Source: a virus
Taxonomy: Duplodnaviria > Caudoviricetes
IMG/VR virus record: IMGVR_UViG_3300025528_000036
Span: 1 to 25,537 of that record
Length of the DNA stretch: 25,537 bases
Strand: one strand, 5' to 3'
The notes under the pieces are model-generated. The model ran no database searches. It had not been told where the DNA came from and saw nothing but the letters and a program-made list of their open reading frames with translations. A program made the translations under genes and the position numbers. Below are positions 1 through 9,344 of this stretch, in pieces. Positions within the stretch are counted from its first letter, which is position 1; each line of letters begins with the position of its first letter.

Positions 1-143
1 ACGAAGCGGAGGACTCCGTCATCCACGTTGACAATGAGACCTTCCCCCATCGCTTCAAGAGCTTCGAGGTATTGATACTCGGTAATCTCGATACCGCCTT
101 CAATAGGGTCCGTGCTGATGATGTTGTGTGCAGCCCACGGCAT
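1..143 (-). CDS. Tail fibre assembly/chaperone-like protein, N-terminal part (runs off the window)
   Basis: ATG at 143 overlaps the tail fibre stop (TGATG). Open to the window edge: MPWAAHNIISTDPIEGGIEITEYQYLEALEAMGEGLIVNVDDGVLRF. Position after the fibre and the 'IEITEYQY' pattern resemble fibre chaperones (inference). Confidence 0.6.
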   Translation of the reverse strand, partial: MPWAAHNIISTDPIEGGIEITEYQYLEALEAMGEGLIVNVDDGVLRF

Positions 144-1795
144 CACAGAATCCTCATGAAGTAGGTAGCTTGGATGTTTCTCGGGCGTGTCTCATTGGCG
201 ACGCGCGGCGTGCCGTTCCACCCGTCTGTGACAGGTGTCGTGACACGGTTATCTCTGGTAATCCCAGTTCCGCCGGTGTTATCTGTGGTGGCCCCGACGC
301 CGCCGTTGGTAGTGGCGACAAGCGTATGCCAATGCCCCTGAAAGGCGTCATCCTGCACGGTGCCTGACCATCCAGCTCGGATGAACCGCTGCTCCGTGCA
401 GATAAGGCGGATCGTCTGCCCGTGCATTGGGGATGCAGGAAGATTGATGACCGCCGTGGCGTTGATAAGCGGCGCAGAGCCGGAGACGGTTTCGTTGGTC
501 AAGATGCCTTCGTTGTATCGCCCGGAGCCCGTATCCCCAGCCCTCAAAACGACATATCGATACCCCTTGTTCCTAGGAGGCACGGAGGCGCCGGGGATAT
601 GGTCGAAAACCGGGATTGGAACGCCGATAGGCTGCATTGCCCAGGGGTCAATTTCCGCCTCGGTGATAAGCCGTTTGTCGTTGTACGTAATAGTGTCGGG
701 TAAGAACTTCAGTTGGGCGTATGATCCGTCCTCTTTCTTGCGCCTAATACCAAGGAAACCGGTAGAGGGAGTGGCGTAGATAAGCGCCACTTCATTTCCG
801 TTCTCGTCAGTCAGGGCAATGCCGACGTTTTGCCCCGGAAGCGCCCGTACTCCAAGCGACTGAGATACGGATAGAGGGCCGGGAATGTGCTGCGAGGTAG
901 TCGTGTCCTTGCGGACAAACCGGCCATCGGACTGGGTCTTGTTGTAGTAGGTGGACGGATCGAAGAGCGCTGCCGCTGCCGCGCTGGCTGCGGCGTCGTT
1001 CTTGAAGCCTTCCGCCTGATTCCGAAAATTGAGGGCTTCGTTACGGTACGTCTGGGCCTGATCCCGAGCCGTCTCTGCGGCGGTCTTAGCGGTCTCTGCG
1101 GCGGACTTGGACGACGCGGCTTGCGAGGCGCTATTTGCCGCATTGGTCTCGCTCGTAGCAGCGGCGTTCTTGTGCGCCAGAGCGTTCGCCTCAGAGGTGG
1201 CCGCAGCCTGACGATGGGAGTTTGCTGCGTCACGATACTGTTGCGCGAGGTCACGAGCCGCAATCGCAGCATCGCGGGCAGCGATAGTCGTATCCCTCGC
1301 AGTGATAGTCGTGTCCCTCGCAGCGGTCGTCTGCGACAGGAGGCCCTGCATCTGCGGGATGAAGGTGCCGTCATGGTATTCCTTCGTCACCGCGTCTCTG
1401 GCGTTGACCGGGGTACCTACGTCCGAGATACGGCGTCCATGTGCCCCGTAAGAGCCGTCAGACTTCAGCTCAAGCGTGCCTCCGGCAATGTCAATGGCCT
1501 CCTGAACGATGAAGAAGACCTGAAGGGAAGACACGTCTAGGTCAGTTTCGGTAAGGACGGAGCCGTCCACAAAGTCCACCAAGCGGCGGTCTCTCTCGGT
1601 ATTTCGTCTCACCTCCACCACCGAGCCCGCTCCCGGAGCGGGGGAGACGCGGACAGTGTAGGGGTCGTCCCACGAGAAAGAGACAGGTTCAAGGTCAACG
1701 GTGACGTTGACATGGGAACGAGACAGGTACGGGAAGGGGACAGCGAAGGTTTCCGTAGTCCCGTCTCCCACGTACTGCACGTAGGAAAGTGCCAT
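143..1795 (-). CDS. Tail fibre protein (T7 gp17-type N-terminal adaptor, Ala-rich coiled coil, distal receptor-binding region)
   Basis: N-terminus YVGDGTTETFAVPFPYLSRSHV...RRNT...LVDFVDGSVLTETDLD...QEAID matches the gp17 adaptor pattern. AGGAG RBS. Follows the gp16-position gene. Confidence 0.92.
   Translation of the reverse strand: MALSYVQYVGDGTTETFAVPFPYLSRSHVNVTVDLEPVSFSWDDPYTVRVSPAPGAGSVVEVRRNTERDRRLVDFVDGSVLTETDLDVSSLQVFFIVQEAIDIAGGTLELKSDGSYGAHGRRISDVGTPVNARDAVTKEYHDGTFIPQMQGLLSQTTAARDTTITARDTTIAARDAAIAARDLAQQYRDAANSHRQAAATSEANALAHKNAAATSETNAANSASQAASSKSAAETAKTAAETARDQAQTYRNEALNFRNQAEGFKNDAAASAAAAALFDPSTYYNKTQSDGRFVRKDTTTSQHIPGPLSVSQSLGVRALPGQNVGIALTDENGNEVALIYATPSTGFLGIRRKKEDGSYAQLKFLPDTITYNDKRLITEAEIDPWAMQPIGVPIPVFDHIPGASVPPRNKGYRYVVLRAGDTGSGRYNEGILTNETVSGSAPLINATAVINLPASPMHGQTIRLICTEQRFIRAGWSGTVQDDAFQGHWHTLVATTNGGVGATTDNTGGTGITRDNRVTTPVTDGWNGTPRVANETRPRNIQATYFMRIL
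1253..1325 (-). repeat. Imperfect 21-nt (heptad) tandem repeat in the tail fibre coiled coil
   Basis: Protein AARDTTI-TARDTTI-AARDAAI-AARD. DNA units gatagtcgtatccctcgcag / gatagtcgtgtccctcgcag. Confidence 0.75.
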
Positions 1796-1807
1796 GTTTC
1801 TCCTATG

Positions 1808-1835
1808 AAAAGCCCCCGGCCTTTAGACCGGGGGT
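1808..1835 (-). terminator. Rho-independent terminator-like hairpin between gp16 and the tail fibre
   Basis: Minus strand CCCCCGGT-CTAAAG-GCCGGGGG followed by CTTTT. Confidence 0.65.
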
Positions 1836-1849
1836 GTAGTGACTATACC
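1833..1849. promoter_or_regulatory. 17-bp palindromic site 1 (GGTGTAGTGACTATACC)
   Basis: Exact match to RGTRTAGTSACTAYACY. Intergenic, overlapping the terminator stem. Confidence 0.8.
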
Positions 1850-1864
1850 GTTATGGGGCTGCGA

Positions 1865-4800
1865 CTATTCCTGCCCCAGTTGCTGCTTCAGCTGCTCTGC
1901 CCTGTCCGGACTAACCTTCGTAATAGCCGATTTGATCTTGGCATTTTGGTAGTCCTTTAGAAGCTCTGGCTCCTCCTGAAGCAGTTGCATGAATGCGGCC
2001 CTTCGGAAGCCCTGAATTACGGACACGATTGCTTCGACGCGAGAACCGTCGGTATCGAGGTTACCGTCAGTCATCTCGGTCCGATATCGCTCCGAGTTTA
2101 TCAGGTCATGAAGGTACTCCTTCAGGGTCTTTTCCTGAATCTTAATAGTGCCAGTAAGCTCCTGCCAGCGATCATAGGCAGTCTTGCCAGTCACCGAGCT
2201 ACGGTACTTAGTGAGGTCCAATCCCTCCACCTTCTTGGGCGGGAGTCTCATATGTCGATCATTGATGATCAACTGCCGGGCCAACTCCTCATGAACATCC
2301 CGAGAAGGAGTCCGCCGCCACTGCTCACTCATCGGGGCAAACTCCGACTTGTTGTACCCAGTGGCAATGGGGGAGATACTGTCAGGACCGAGACCGGGCG
2401 GGATGTACCGTTTCTCTCCTAGGAGGTTCCGCTGCGGGTCCAACTCCTCGTTGAAGCCTGGGATTTTCCGCTTCATGGCTTGGATGATGCCATGGGCTTC
2501 CTTGATAACCGGGTCGTTGAACACCTGAAAGAATGAGGGGACGAAGCCTGCGGCAAAGTTCTTCAAGAACGCTTCGGCCTTTCGGTCAGGGTCGGACAGG
2601 GCGGCAAAGACGTTCACTAGGCCCTGAAGGTACGTGCGGCTGTTGAAATTCTTAGTTACCGCAAGGGATGTCATCAGGGCTATTTCTTCCCACTCCTTCT
2701 CCTGAAGATGCCCGGAAACCTCAAAGGCGTCGGCAATAAGGCCGAGGAGCGAGCCGAACGGCTCGATGCGTTGGAAGCTGATGTATTGGCGGGTACCGTC
2801 CGGGCGTTCCCAAACGAAGGAATAGGGACGCCAGTTCGTGCTATCCTCCAGCGCCTTTCTCAACTGGGGGTCGGATGGGCCGCTTCCGGTCAGCTTACCC
2901 TGATAGGCGAGCGTCGCAGCCGTAGTCAGGATGATACCACCGAGCGCCTGCTTTGCTGCCGCCTCGGCACGTGCCTCAGCGCCGTTCACTCCGCGAAGGT
3001 CGTCGAACATCTGTTTCCTAACCATCCCGATAACGGGAATGTGGTCGAAGGTGAACCGGGCGATATTCGTCGGGGTGCGGACGAAGGGCACGATCAACCT
3101 TAAAGGTGGTACGTTGACCAAGCCGTCTTGGACGACTTCGCCAAGAGATTTTGCCCCGAACCACGTCGAGGTTTTGAGCGACTGGGTGAACGTCACTTCT
3201 CGGGCGTACTTCAGGGCCTTTTCGTGCAGAACACGTCCCTTAGCGTCGAACGCGGAACCGCCCTCCGTCGCCTTGTTCACGCGATCTTTGACATACTCCG
3301 CGAACGCCTTGGGGTCGTTCTGTAGCTCAGGAATGGCACGAGCTTCACGGAGAGCCTCAGCCCTGACATAGGCACGGTAGTTGAGCTGTTTGAACAGCTC
3401 ATCCTCAGCCGTCATGAAACGACTGGAGAGGCGGACTAGAGGCCCGAACAGGCCGTCCACCACCATCTTCCACACGTCATTCGTGATATTGAGGTTTTCA
3501 GAGGAAATGGCACGAGTGACAGGCGTTCCTACGTGGCCGGAGTCCAGAATAGGCTCAGCCGTCTTGAACGATCTCCACGCAAGCTCCAAGGCATCCGCCG
3601 CTGAGGCCGCGATTGAGGCATACATGTCGAAGCCCTCACGGATGGCCGCGCCGTCAGCTTGGAACGCTCCGGCCAGCATCCTTCGGAGCGGCATGGTGGC
3701 CGTCTGGAGAATGCCGCCTATGATGTTTAACATGTGGGTTTTAGGACTGGACAGGAGCGAGTTGATGAAAAACTCGTTCACTGCGTCGAGAACGCGAGCG
3801 GCGAACGGCCTACGGGTAAGCTTGGCGGCGCTAAAGAGGTCGTCCCCTGTAGCGAGAACCTGCTGCGCAAGTTTTCGTACCGCTTCCTCTCCCTTACCTC
3901 CTCGCCAAAGCTGCTCCGGGTTCACGTCGATGATCTTGCCGCTCCTAACCTCGGCAGTTAGGCGCATGGCGTTGAGCGCTCGGGCGATGCTGGTTTGGAG
4001 GCCCTTGTAGTGGAGCTGAAGGTTCGCAAGCAGCTCCCAGTGACGCCCAAAGTCCTCCAGAAGCTCGTCTCTAGTTGCGTACTTACCGAGAGGTACGGAG
4101 GTATCAGCGACGATACGGGAAATGTCCCGCAGCTTCATATGGACCGTTTTCATGATGTCGCGGTATGCCAACATCTCCGCGTCCATATGATAAAGGTTCT
4201 TGAGCTGGCCCTGCATCCGCTGGAAGAGGATTTCAGGGTTATCCCCGATAAGCTCCGCAAACTCAGCGGCGTTCTTCTTCACCCTCTCAGTGATACGAAC
4301 GTTATCCTTGTCCCCTCCAAGTACCTTGTCGAACGCCTTCTTGTGATTCGCGGCGATGGCTGCGACGGTCGTGGCAAGTTCCTCGTCCGTGTCGATAAGG
4401 TCAGTACGGAGACCGGCGATTTCCTTAGCTTTTGGATTCCCCTCCAGCTCAAGGCGCTTCAGAATGTCAGCCTCAAGGGTCGCATCATCAATCTCGATGA
4501 TCTTCTTCGGAGGTGGTACATTGGCCGTTGCAGACGGCTTGCTACCCACATCCCCAGCGAGGGCTTCCTCAGGCTTGAAGTTTCCGTCAGCGTCTCCGAA
4601 CGTCTTTCGGACGCTATCGTCAGCCGGTCCTCCGGTACCTCCGAAGTCAAAGTTAAGCTGACCGTCATCGGCTCTGGGAGCCTCGCTGGCGGCCTTCCCA
4701 GCCTCGCCGGTAGGCTGCCCCTCCGCAGCCTTTTGGTCGGCTTCCTTGGTCTTCGTATAGGCTTCCTGAGCCGCGTCAATCTCATCGACGGCTTCGTTCA

Positions 4801-5593
4801 GCTTACCGGCGTTCTTGAGTTTGATAGCCTTGACAAGGTGGAAGACCACCTCAGTCGGGATGCCCAAGAGCATTCCTTCGAGGAGGTTCTTGAACCGGCC
4901 TTCGGCTTCGCCATCGTCCGGAGACGCAGCTAGGTACTCAGTAACGGCATTACCGAACGAAGTGTGCTGCTCGATGAGATTAGCAAGACGCTCCTCGTGG
5001 GGATCGAAGGCCACGGCATCCCCGATGCCTGCCTTCGTCATTGTAGGGAGAGTCCCTTGGCTGCGAGCGAAGTTGAGAACCTTCGACGATCCAGTGGCAG
5101 CCCTGATGCCGTATCCGAGGCCCTTGAGAAAAGCCCCGCCAGCAAACATGCCAGCGGCGAACTGGGACAGGCCCTCGGTAAGCTGTCCGGTCAGGGTCTC
5201 GGACTCTCCAATGAACTCGTCCGGGATGCGGAAGGGGTTTTCGTTCGACTTACCTAGGATGAACGAGAACCACCCGTTGGGAGCTTCCTTACCGAACTTG
5301 TAGCTGGCGGTGGCGACGGAATAGGCGAAGTCGGAGGCTTCGTTACCCGCTCTCAGAATACCACGCGGGATGGCCTTCGGAATCTCTCTGAGATTGTTCC
5401 CGACAGTCTTTGCCCCTTCCCACACAGTATTCAATACGCTCCCCTCCTCTGCCGACTGAGGGACGGAAGAAGGGTCGAGGTAGTCCGGCTGATAGCCGGA
5501 CTCCAGTCTCGCTTTGAACCGCTGCCTGATCGTCTCGTATTCGTCGTTCGGTACAGGCGATGAAGCCTCAATGAGGGCTTCTTCGTTATTCAT
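1865..5593 (-). CDS. Large internal virion (ejection) protein, gp16 position
   Basis: 1242 aa, helical, last of the internal virion genes before the fibre. C-terminal half has patterns (PFVRTPTNI, GKLTGSGP, RIEPFG) I recognise from podovirus gp16-like proteins. Confidence 0.8.
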   Translation of the reverse strand: MNNEEALIEASSPVPNDEYETIRQRFKARLESGYQPDYLDPSSVPQSAEEGSVLNTVWEGAKTVGNNLREIPKAIPRGILRAGNEASDFAYSVATASYKFGKEAPNGWFSFILGKSNENPFRIPDEFIGESETLTGQLTEGLSQFAAGMFAGGAFLKGLGYGIRAATGSSKVLNFARSQGTLPTMTKAGIGDAVAFDPHEERLANLIEQHTSFGNAVTEYLAASPDDGEAEGRFKNLLEGMLLGIPTEVVFHLVKAIKLKNAGKLNEAVDEIDAAQEAYTKTKEADQKAAEGQPTGEAGKAASEAPRADDGQLNFDFGGTGGPADDSVRKTFGDADGNFKPEEALAGDVGSKPSATANVPPPKKIIEIDDATLEADILKRLELEGNPKAKEIAGLRTDLIDTDEELATTVAAIAANHKKAFDKVLGGDKDNVRITERVKKNAAEFAELIGDNPEILFQRMQGQLKNLYHMDAEMLAYRDIMKTVHMKLRDISRIVADTSVPLGKYATRDELLEDFGRHWELLANLQLHYKGLQTSIARALNAMRLTAEVRSGKIIDVNPEQLWRGGKGEEAVRKLAQQVLATGDDLFSAAKLTRRPFAARVLDAVNEFFINSLLSSPKTHMLNIIGGILQTATMPLRRMLAGAFQADGAAIREGFDMYASIAASAADALELAWRSFKTAEPILDSGHVGTPVTRAISSENLNITNDVWKMVVDGLFGPLVRLSSRFMTAEDELFKQLNYRAYVRAEALREARAIPELQNDPKAFAEYVKDRVNKATEGGSAFDAKGRVLHEKALKYAREVTFTQSLKTSTWFGAKSLGEVVQDGLVNVPPLRLIVPFVRTPTNIARFTFDHIPVIGMVRKQMFDDLRGVNGAEARAEAAAKQALGGIILTTAATLAYQGKLTGSGPSDPQLRKALEDSTNWRPYSFVWERPDGTRQYISFQRIEPFGSLLGLIADAFEVSGHLQEKEWEEIALMTSLAVTKNFNSRTYLQGLVNVFAALSDPDRKAEAFLKNFAAGFVPSFFQVFNDPVIKEAHGIIQAMKRKIPGFNEELDPQRNLLGEKRYIPPGLGPDSISPIATGYNKSEFAPMSEQWRRTPSRDVHEELARQLIINDRHMRLPPKKVEGLDLTKYRSSVTGKTAYDRWQELTGTIKIQEKTLKEYLHDLINSERYRTEMTDGNLDTDGSRVEAIVSVIQGFRRAAFMQLLQEEPELLKDYQNAKIKSAITKVSPDRAEQLKQQLGQE

Positions 5594-8106
5594 TACTTCC
5601 TCTTGTTACTTTGACCAGTACGGATACGAAGCAGGTCCGCCTGAAGCCTGAAGAAGGCGTCCGCTTCATCTTCCCCCTTGATGTTGTTCTTCGCTAGCCA
5701 TTCGTTGAGAATCCTGGCTTGCGGGTCTCCGTCCACCCACAGCCTGATGTACTTCTGCAACGTTTCCACGTCTGCGAAGAGCGTTTCACCGGGCTTCAAC
5801 GGTCGAGGCGGCTGAGATGTGATTAGGGACGGGGCCGCCTCTGCCCTCCTATCTTTCGCGTCCTCTTCCGTCTTCTTCTCGTTCGAGGCCCCCGTGTTGC
5901 CGAGAGAAGGCATCGGTGTAGTCACTTCACTCACCGGCGAGGCTCGGCGGTTCTCCGGTTTGTTGTCGATGTACGCCTTGTAGTCCGAGGGGGATGCATA
6001 AAGGCGGATGGCCTCGTCAGCAGCTTCTTGAGCGATCCGTCTTAACTCGCTAGGCGCGATGTTCGGGTTTGCCTCCTTGGCCGCCACAACGGCCTCGGTA
6101 ACGAACAGGACGGCGGCTGATCCCTCCGGCCCCCTCTTCAACATTTTCAGAAGGGGGTCTGGCTGGCCGACGATGAACTCCACCTGATTTACAATCTCCC
6201 GAATACCGGGGACAGACAGGGGGTCAGCCCGGCGAATCCTACCAACGGTTTCGTAGAGACGGCCGATGGCTACTGGATCACGGAGCTGATTGTTCCGGAC
6301 GGCCTCCAGAATCTCGCTCTCTGTCAACTCTCCACGGGCAGCCTTGGCTTCAAACTGTGCCCTGATCACCGGGTCTTCAGTGCCGGAGTTGTAGGTATTG
6401 AGCTTGTTCTGTGTTTCGAGAAGCTCCTTGGCGAAGTCCGGGTCGTGTTTGTTCGCCTCAGCGATAATGTCAGGAGGAATGACAAATCCTCGGCCCTCAC
6501 TGAAAGCCTTCATCCCGTCAGCTATTGCGGCCCTAGAGATAGCCGCCTTCGCCGCTTTCTTCTGCTCCTCTTCGAGCTTTCGCTGTTGGTCCTGCTCCTG
6601 CTGCTTCAGTTTCCTGATTTTGACGCGGGCTTCCTCGATGGACTTCCGGCCATCGAGAGTCATGCCGGGACCGGGGATTCGCTCCCCATTCCGCCCTACG
6701 CGATCAAGCAAGGCAGCGTCCAGAATGGACTCGTCCTGCCTCTCGATTGCCATTTGAACAACCGTCTCGGTAAGGTGTTTGTTGATCACATCGGGGCGGA
6801 CTCCCTGCCTCTGAAGGTCAAGGTCCACTTTACGGATTTGCTCCGCAACCTCGTATACAACCGGGTTAGACACGGCCCCCTTGGGTTCCTGTCCCCGTTC
6901 TCGGAGGGCGCGATTGTAGGTGGCGATGAAGCGGCTCGGCGGGTGCTTCCCTAACGCCTCCCACGTTCCGGACATGACCTTCAGGATTTCGGGGGTCAGG
7001 CCGTTCTTCTCAAGGTCTTCCCAGAGGTTCCTGCCCGTCTTTGTCTTGTAGGCGTCCTCCGCGATGCGAGACGCAGCGATGACCTGATTTTCCCTCGTGA
7101 ACGGCGTTCCGGGCGGCATGTACCTATCCCATGTGGAGGACAGGATTTGGAACATACCTGCGGCATCCGAGGTCTTACCGGCGTGAGGCCCGCGATCAAT
7201 CACGACTTTCACCCGTGGGTGGTCCCCGCCTTCGACGAACGGAGCCCCGTTGCTGTTGAAACCGTTGAAGCGGACGTTCCACCGGCCACCGCTCTCAGGC
7301 CCAGCAACCGCCTTCAGGAACGCTTCCTGTACCGGCGTCAGGTTAGTTTTCGGAAATTCCCCATACTCAAATGGGATACCGGCACCGGAAGCATTGAGGT
7401 TGTCGATGGTCGTTCGCAGGTTGACAGACGCAGACTCAAGGTTCTGAGCAATTAGGTTATCCCTGGCTCTCGCCTGATGGTCCCGGTAGAACCGGGCCGT
7501 CACCGCCTGAATCTCTTCCACCATGGCCTGCTTCGCATATGGCGACTCAACGCTATCGAGGAGGCCCTTGAACCTCTCGGTCAGCCACTGCGTTATGGCA
7601 TTAGGGTCCGTAGAGTTGGCGATTTCCGAGCTGTAATACTCGGCAATCATCTGTCCAGCTCGGGACTGGACGAGGTTCCGTGCGATGCGCTCCTCATAGG
7701 CTTTGCGGAACACCGGAGATTTGTCGGCAAGAGCTGGGTTTCTCCTCACAGCCTCGGCCCAGCTCTCCGGGGAATTGTCCCGGAGGAACTGGATTTCGGC
7801 TTCCGTCATTTGCTCTTTGTTTTCCGCCTCGAAGTATCCGTCCGCGAAGGCGTTGAGAACGGGGTTAAGAGCCGCAAGGGCCTTCGCAAGATTCTGCATG
7901 TCCGTCCTAGGGACGAACGGCCTAAGAGGGGTCGGGGGCTGTGGATGAAGAGGCTCTACCGGCTTGACCGGCATAGGCCGTGAAATGAGGCGGGTTTCGG
8001 CTGCAACCGTGTTGACGGGAGAAGCGGTCGGGCGGTAGTCAGGCCGCTCGATCTCATAGCGGCGCTGACGATTGCCGCGAAGGATTTCTTCCAAGCTGTT
8101 AGGCAT
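5593..8106 (-). CDS. Internal virion protein, gp15 position, with an embedded lambda-lysozyme-like muralytic domain
   Basis: 837 aa between gp14 and gp16. Central AFLKAVAGPESG...SDAAGMFQILSSTW...FTRENQ...TWEAL resembles lambda R-type lysozyme motifs. Confidence 0.8.
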   Translation of the reverse strand: MPNSLEEILRGNRQRRYEIERPDYRPTASPVNTVAAETRLISRPMPVKPVEPLHPQPPTPLRPFVPRTDMQNLAKALAALNPVLNAFADGYFEAENKEQMTEAEIQFLRDNSPESWAEAVRRNPALADKSPVFRKAYEERIARNLVQSRAGQMIAEYYSSEIANSTDPNAITQWLTERFKGLLDSVESPYAKQAMVEEIQAVTARFYRDHQARARDNLIAQNLESASVNLRTTIDNLNASGAGIPFEYGEFPKTNLTPVQEAFLKAVAGPESGGRWNVRFNGFNSNGAPFVEGGDHPRVKVVIDRGPHAGKTSDAAGMFQILSSTWDRYMPPGTPFTRENQVIAASRIAEDAYKTKTGRNLWEDLEKNGLTPEILKVMSGTWEALGKHPPSRFIATYNRALRERGQEPKGAVSNPVVYEVAEQIRKVDLDLQRQGVRPDVINKHLTETVVQMAIERQDESILDAALLDRVGRNGERIPGPGMTLDGRKSIEEARVKIRKLKQQEQDQQRKLEEEQKKAAKAAISRAAIADGMKAFSEGRGFVIPPDIIAEANKHDPDFAKELLETQNKLNTYNSGTEDPVIRAQFEAKAARGELTESEILEAVRNNQLRDPVAIGRLYETVGRIRRADPLSVPGIREIVNQVEFIVGQPDPLLKMLKRGPEGSAAVLFVTEAVVAAKEANPNIAPSELRRIAQEAADEAIRLYASPSDYKAYIDNKPENRRASPVSEVTTPMPSLGNTGASNEKKTEEDAKDRRAEAAPSLITSQPPRPLKPGETLFADVETLQKYIRLWVDGDPQARILNEWLAKNNIKGEDEADAFFRLQADLLRIRTGQSNKRK
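5915..5931. promoter_or_regulatory. 17-bp palindromic site 2 (GGTGTAGTCACTTCACT)
   Basis: 1 mismatch to consensus. Inside gp15. Confidence 0.65.
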
Positions 8107-8876
8107 CAGAGAATCTTCAGACTATTCAGGGACTGGCCCGACCACTTGGCATAATTCTGGAGCCCGTTGATTAGGCTCGATCCGATGTTGACAGCCAGAG
8201 CGCTACCACTCGGCATCGGGACGGGAGCCGCAGGAGTGACGGGAGACACAGGCGCGGGAGGCTTGATCGGACCTGTAGGAGCATAGGTGTTCATAGGCAG
8301 GTCGTAGATGCGCTGGTCGGCGGTTGCCTTAACGCCCTGCATCTCCATGTTAAGCTGCTGCATGGTTGCCTGATAATTCAGGCCCATGACAGAGAGGGCT
8401 TCGCCTTCTTGTCGAGCCACGTCACCGACGATCTGATCCACGGAGACGCCTTCGATACCTCGCGATGCTGCGGCAGCCTCACCGCCTGCTGCCATTTTTC
8501 GGGCCTGCCTGCGGGCGTCGTCCATGTTAAGTGTAGTGGCTATACCTTCCTGTACCTGCCGAAGTAGGAGCTGACCGTACTGGGTGAAGAGGTTCTGCTG
8601 AATGTTCTCGGTAGAACGTTCGAGGAGGCTTTTCTGCCGCTCGAACTCTCCCTTCATGTAGTCCAGAACCTCGAAGCCGTACTTTATCTCCTGCTCGTAT
8701 ACGGCGTTTTGATACTTAATCAGCTCCCCGCGATAACGCTCGTTTTGAACCTCCTGCTGTACGTTGTACAGCCACTGGTTATAAGCGTTTCGCTTTTGTT
8801 CGTTGTAACTGATGACGGAGCCAGCAACGCTCAAGCCCGTGGACAGGAGCGACGCCGCTCCCGCAAGGGAACACAC
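8106..8876 (-). CDS. Internal virion protein, gp14 position
   Basis: 256 aa. Start followed by Cys and a hydrophobic Ala/Ser/Gly N-terminus, and an 'AAASRGIEGVS' motif, as in T7 gp14-like proteins. Synteny. Confidence 0.8.
   Translation of the reverse strand: MCSLAGAASLLSTGLSVAGSVISYNEQKRNAYNQWLYNVQQEVQNERYRGELIKYQNAVYEQEIKYGFEVLDYMKGEFERQKSLLERSTENIQQNLFTQYGQLLLRQVQEGIATTLNMDDARRQARKMAAGGEAAAASRGIEGVSVDQIVGDVARQEGEALSVMGLNYQATMQQLNMEMQGVKATADQRIYDLPMNTYAPTGPIKPPAPVSPVTPAAPVPMPSGSALAVNIGSSLINGLQNYAKWSGQSLNSLKIL
8530..8546. promoter_or_regulatory. 17-bp palindromic site 3 (AGTGTAGTGGCTATACC)
   Basis: 1 mismatch to consensus. Inside gp14. Confidence 0.65.
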
Positions 8877-9344
8877 TTACTTCGTCCTCCAATGTTCGAG
8901 GAAATGGGTGCCTCCCCACGGAATCCTTCGCCCGAACTCGAAGCCAGCCCACTTGAGCCATTGGATGTGAACCGTATTCCGTTCGTCAGCTAGGTTCCCG
9001 AATGTGGGGAAGTGCTCGTGCATTTCGTCCAACATCCAGTGGCAGTTTCTGAGGAACCACATGGAGTTGGATGCCAGTTTCTCGGTGCCCAGCATCCACG
9101 AGACACCGGCCCCTGACTCGAAGGGGCCGATGGGTGTATCCAGAGGACCGACGCCGTAGATTGCGAACGGCTCGTCGTCGTTCGTCACCATGACCTTGCA
9201 GAGGGTGGAATGGGCGAAGCTCTCGGCCAGAGCCTTGGCCGGGGTGCTCCCGTCCATCGCGTAGATTTCGGTGATATCCTCGGGCCTGAGTCTCGTGGAA
9301 AGGTATTCGAGGTCTTCTTCAGTCGCTGGCCGAACTTTTGGCAT
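8877..9344 (-). CDS. gp13-like protein (internal virion protein A, GNAT-like fold)
   Basis: RPATEED...LRPEDITEI...N..DERNTVHIQWLKWAGFEF is typical of T7 gp13-like proteins. Follows tail tube B. Confidence 0.85.
   Translation of the reverse strand: MPKVRPATEEDLEYLSTRLRPEDITEIYAMDGSTPAKALAESFAHSTLCKVMVTNDDEPFAIYGVGPLDTPIGPFESGAGVSWMLGTEKLASNSMWFLRNCHWMLDEMHEHFPTFGNLADERNTVHIQWLKWAGFEFGRRIPWGGTHFLEHWRTK

Noticed and set aside
3995-4933. 312-aa plus-strand ORF, and other plus-strand ORFs such as 21103-21894 and 24288-24950
   Set aside because: All lie opposite well-supported minus-strand genes and show no protein-family features.
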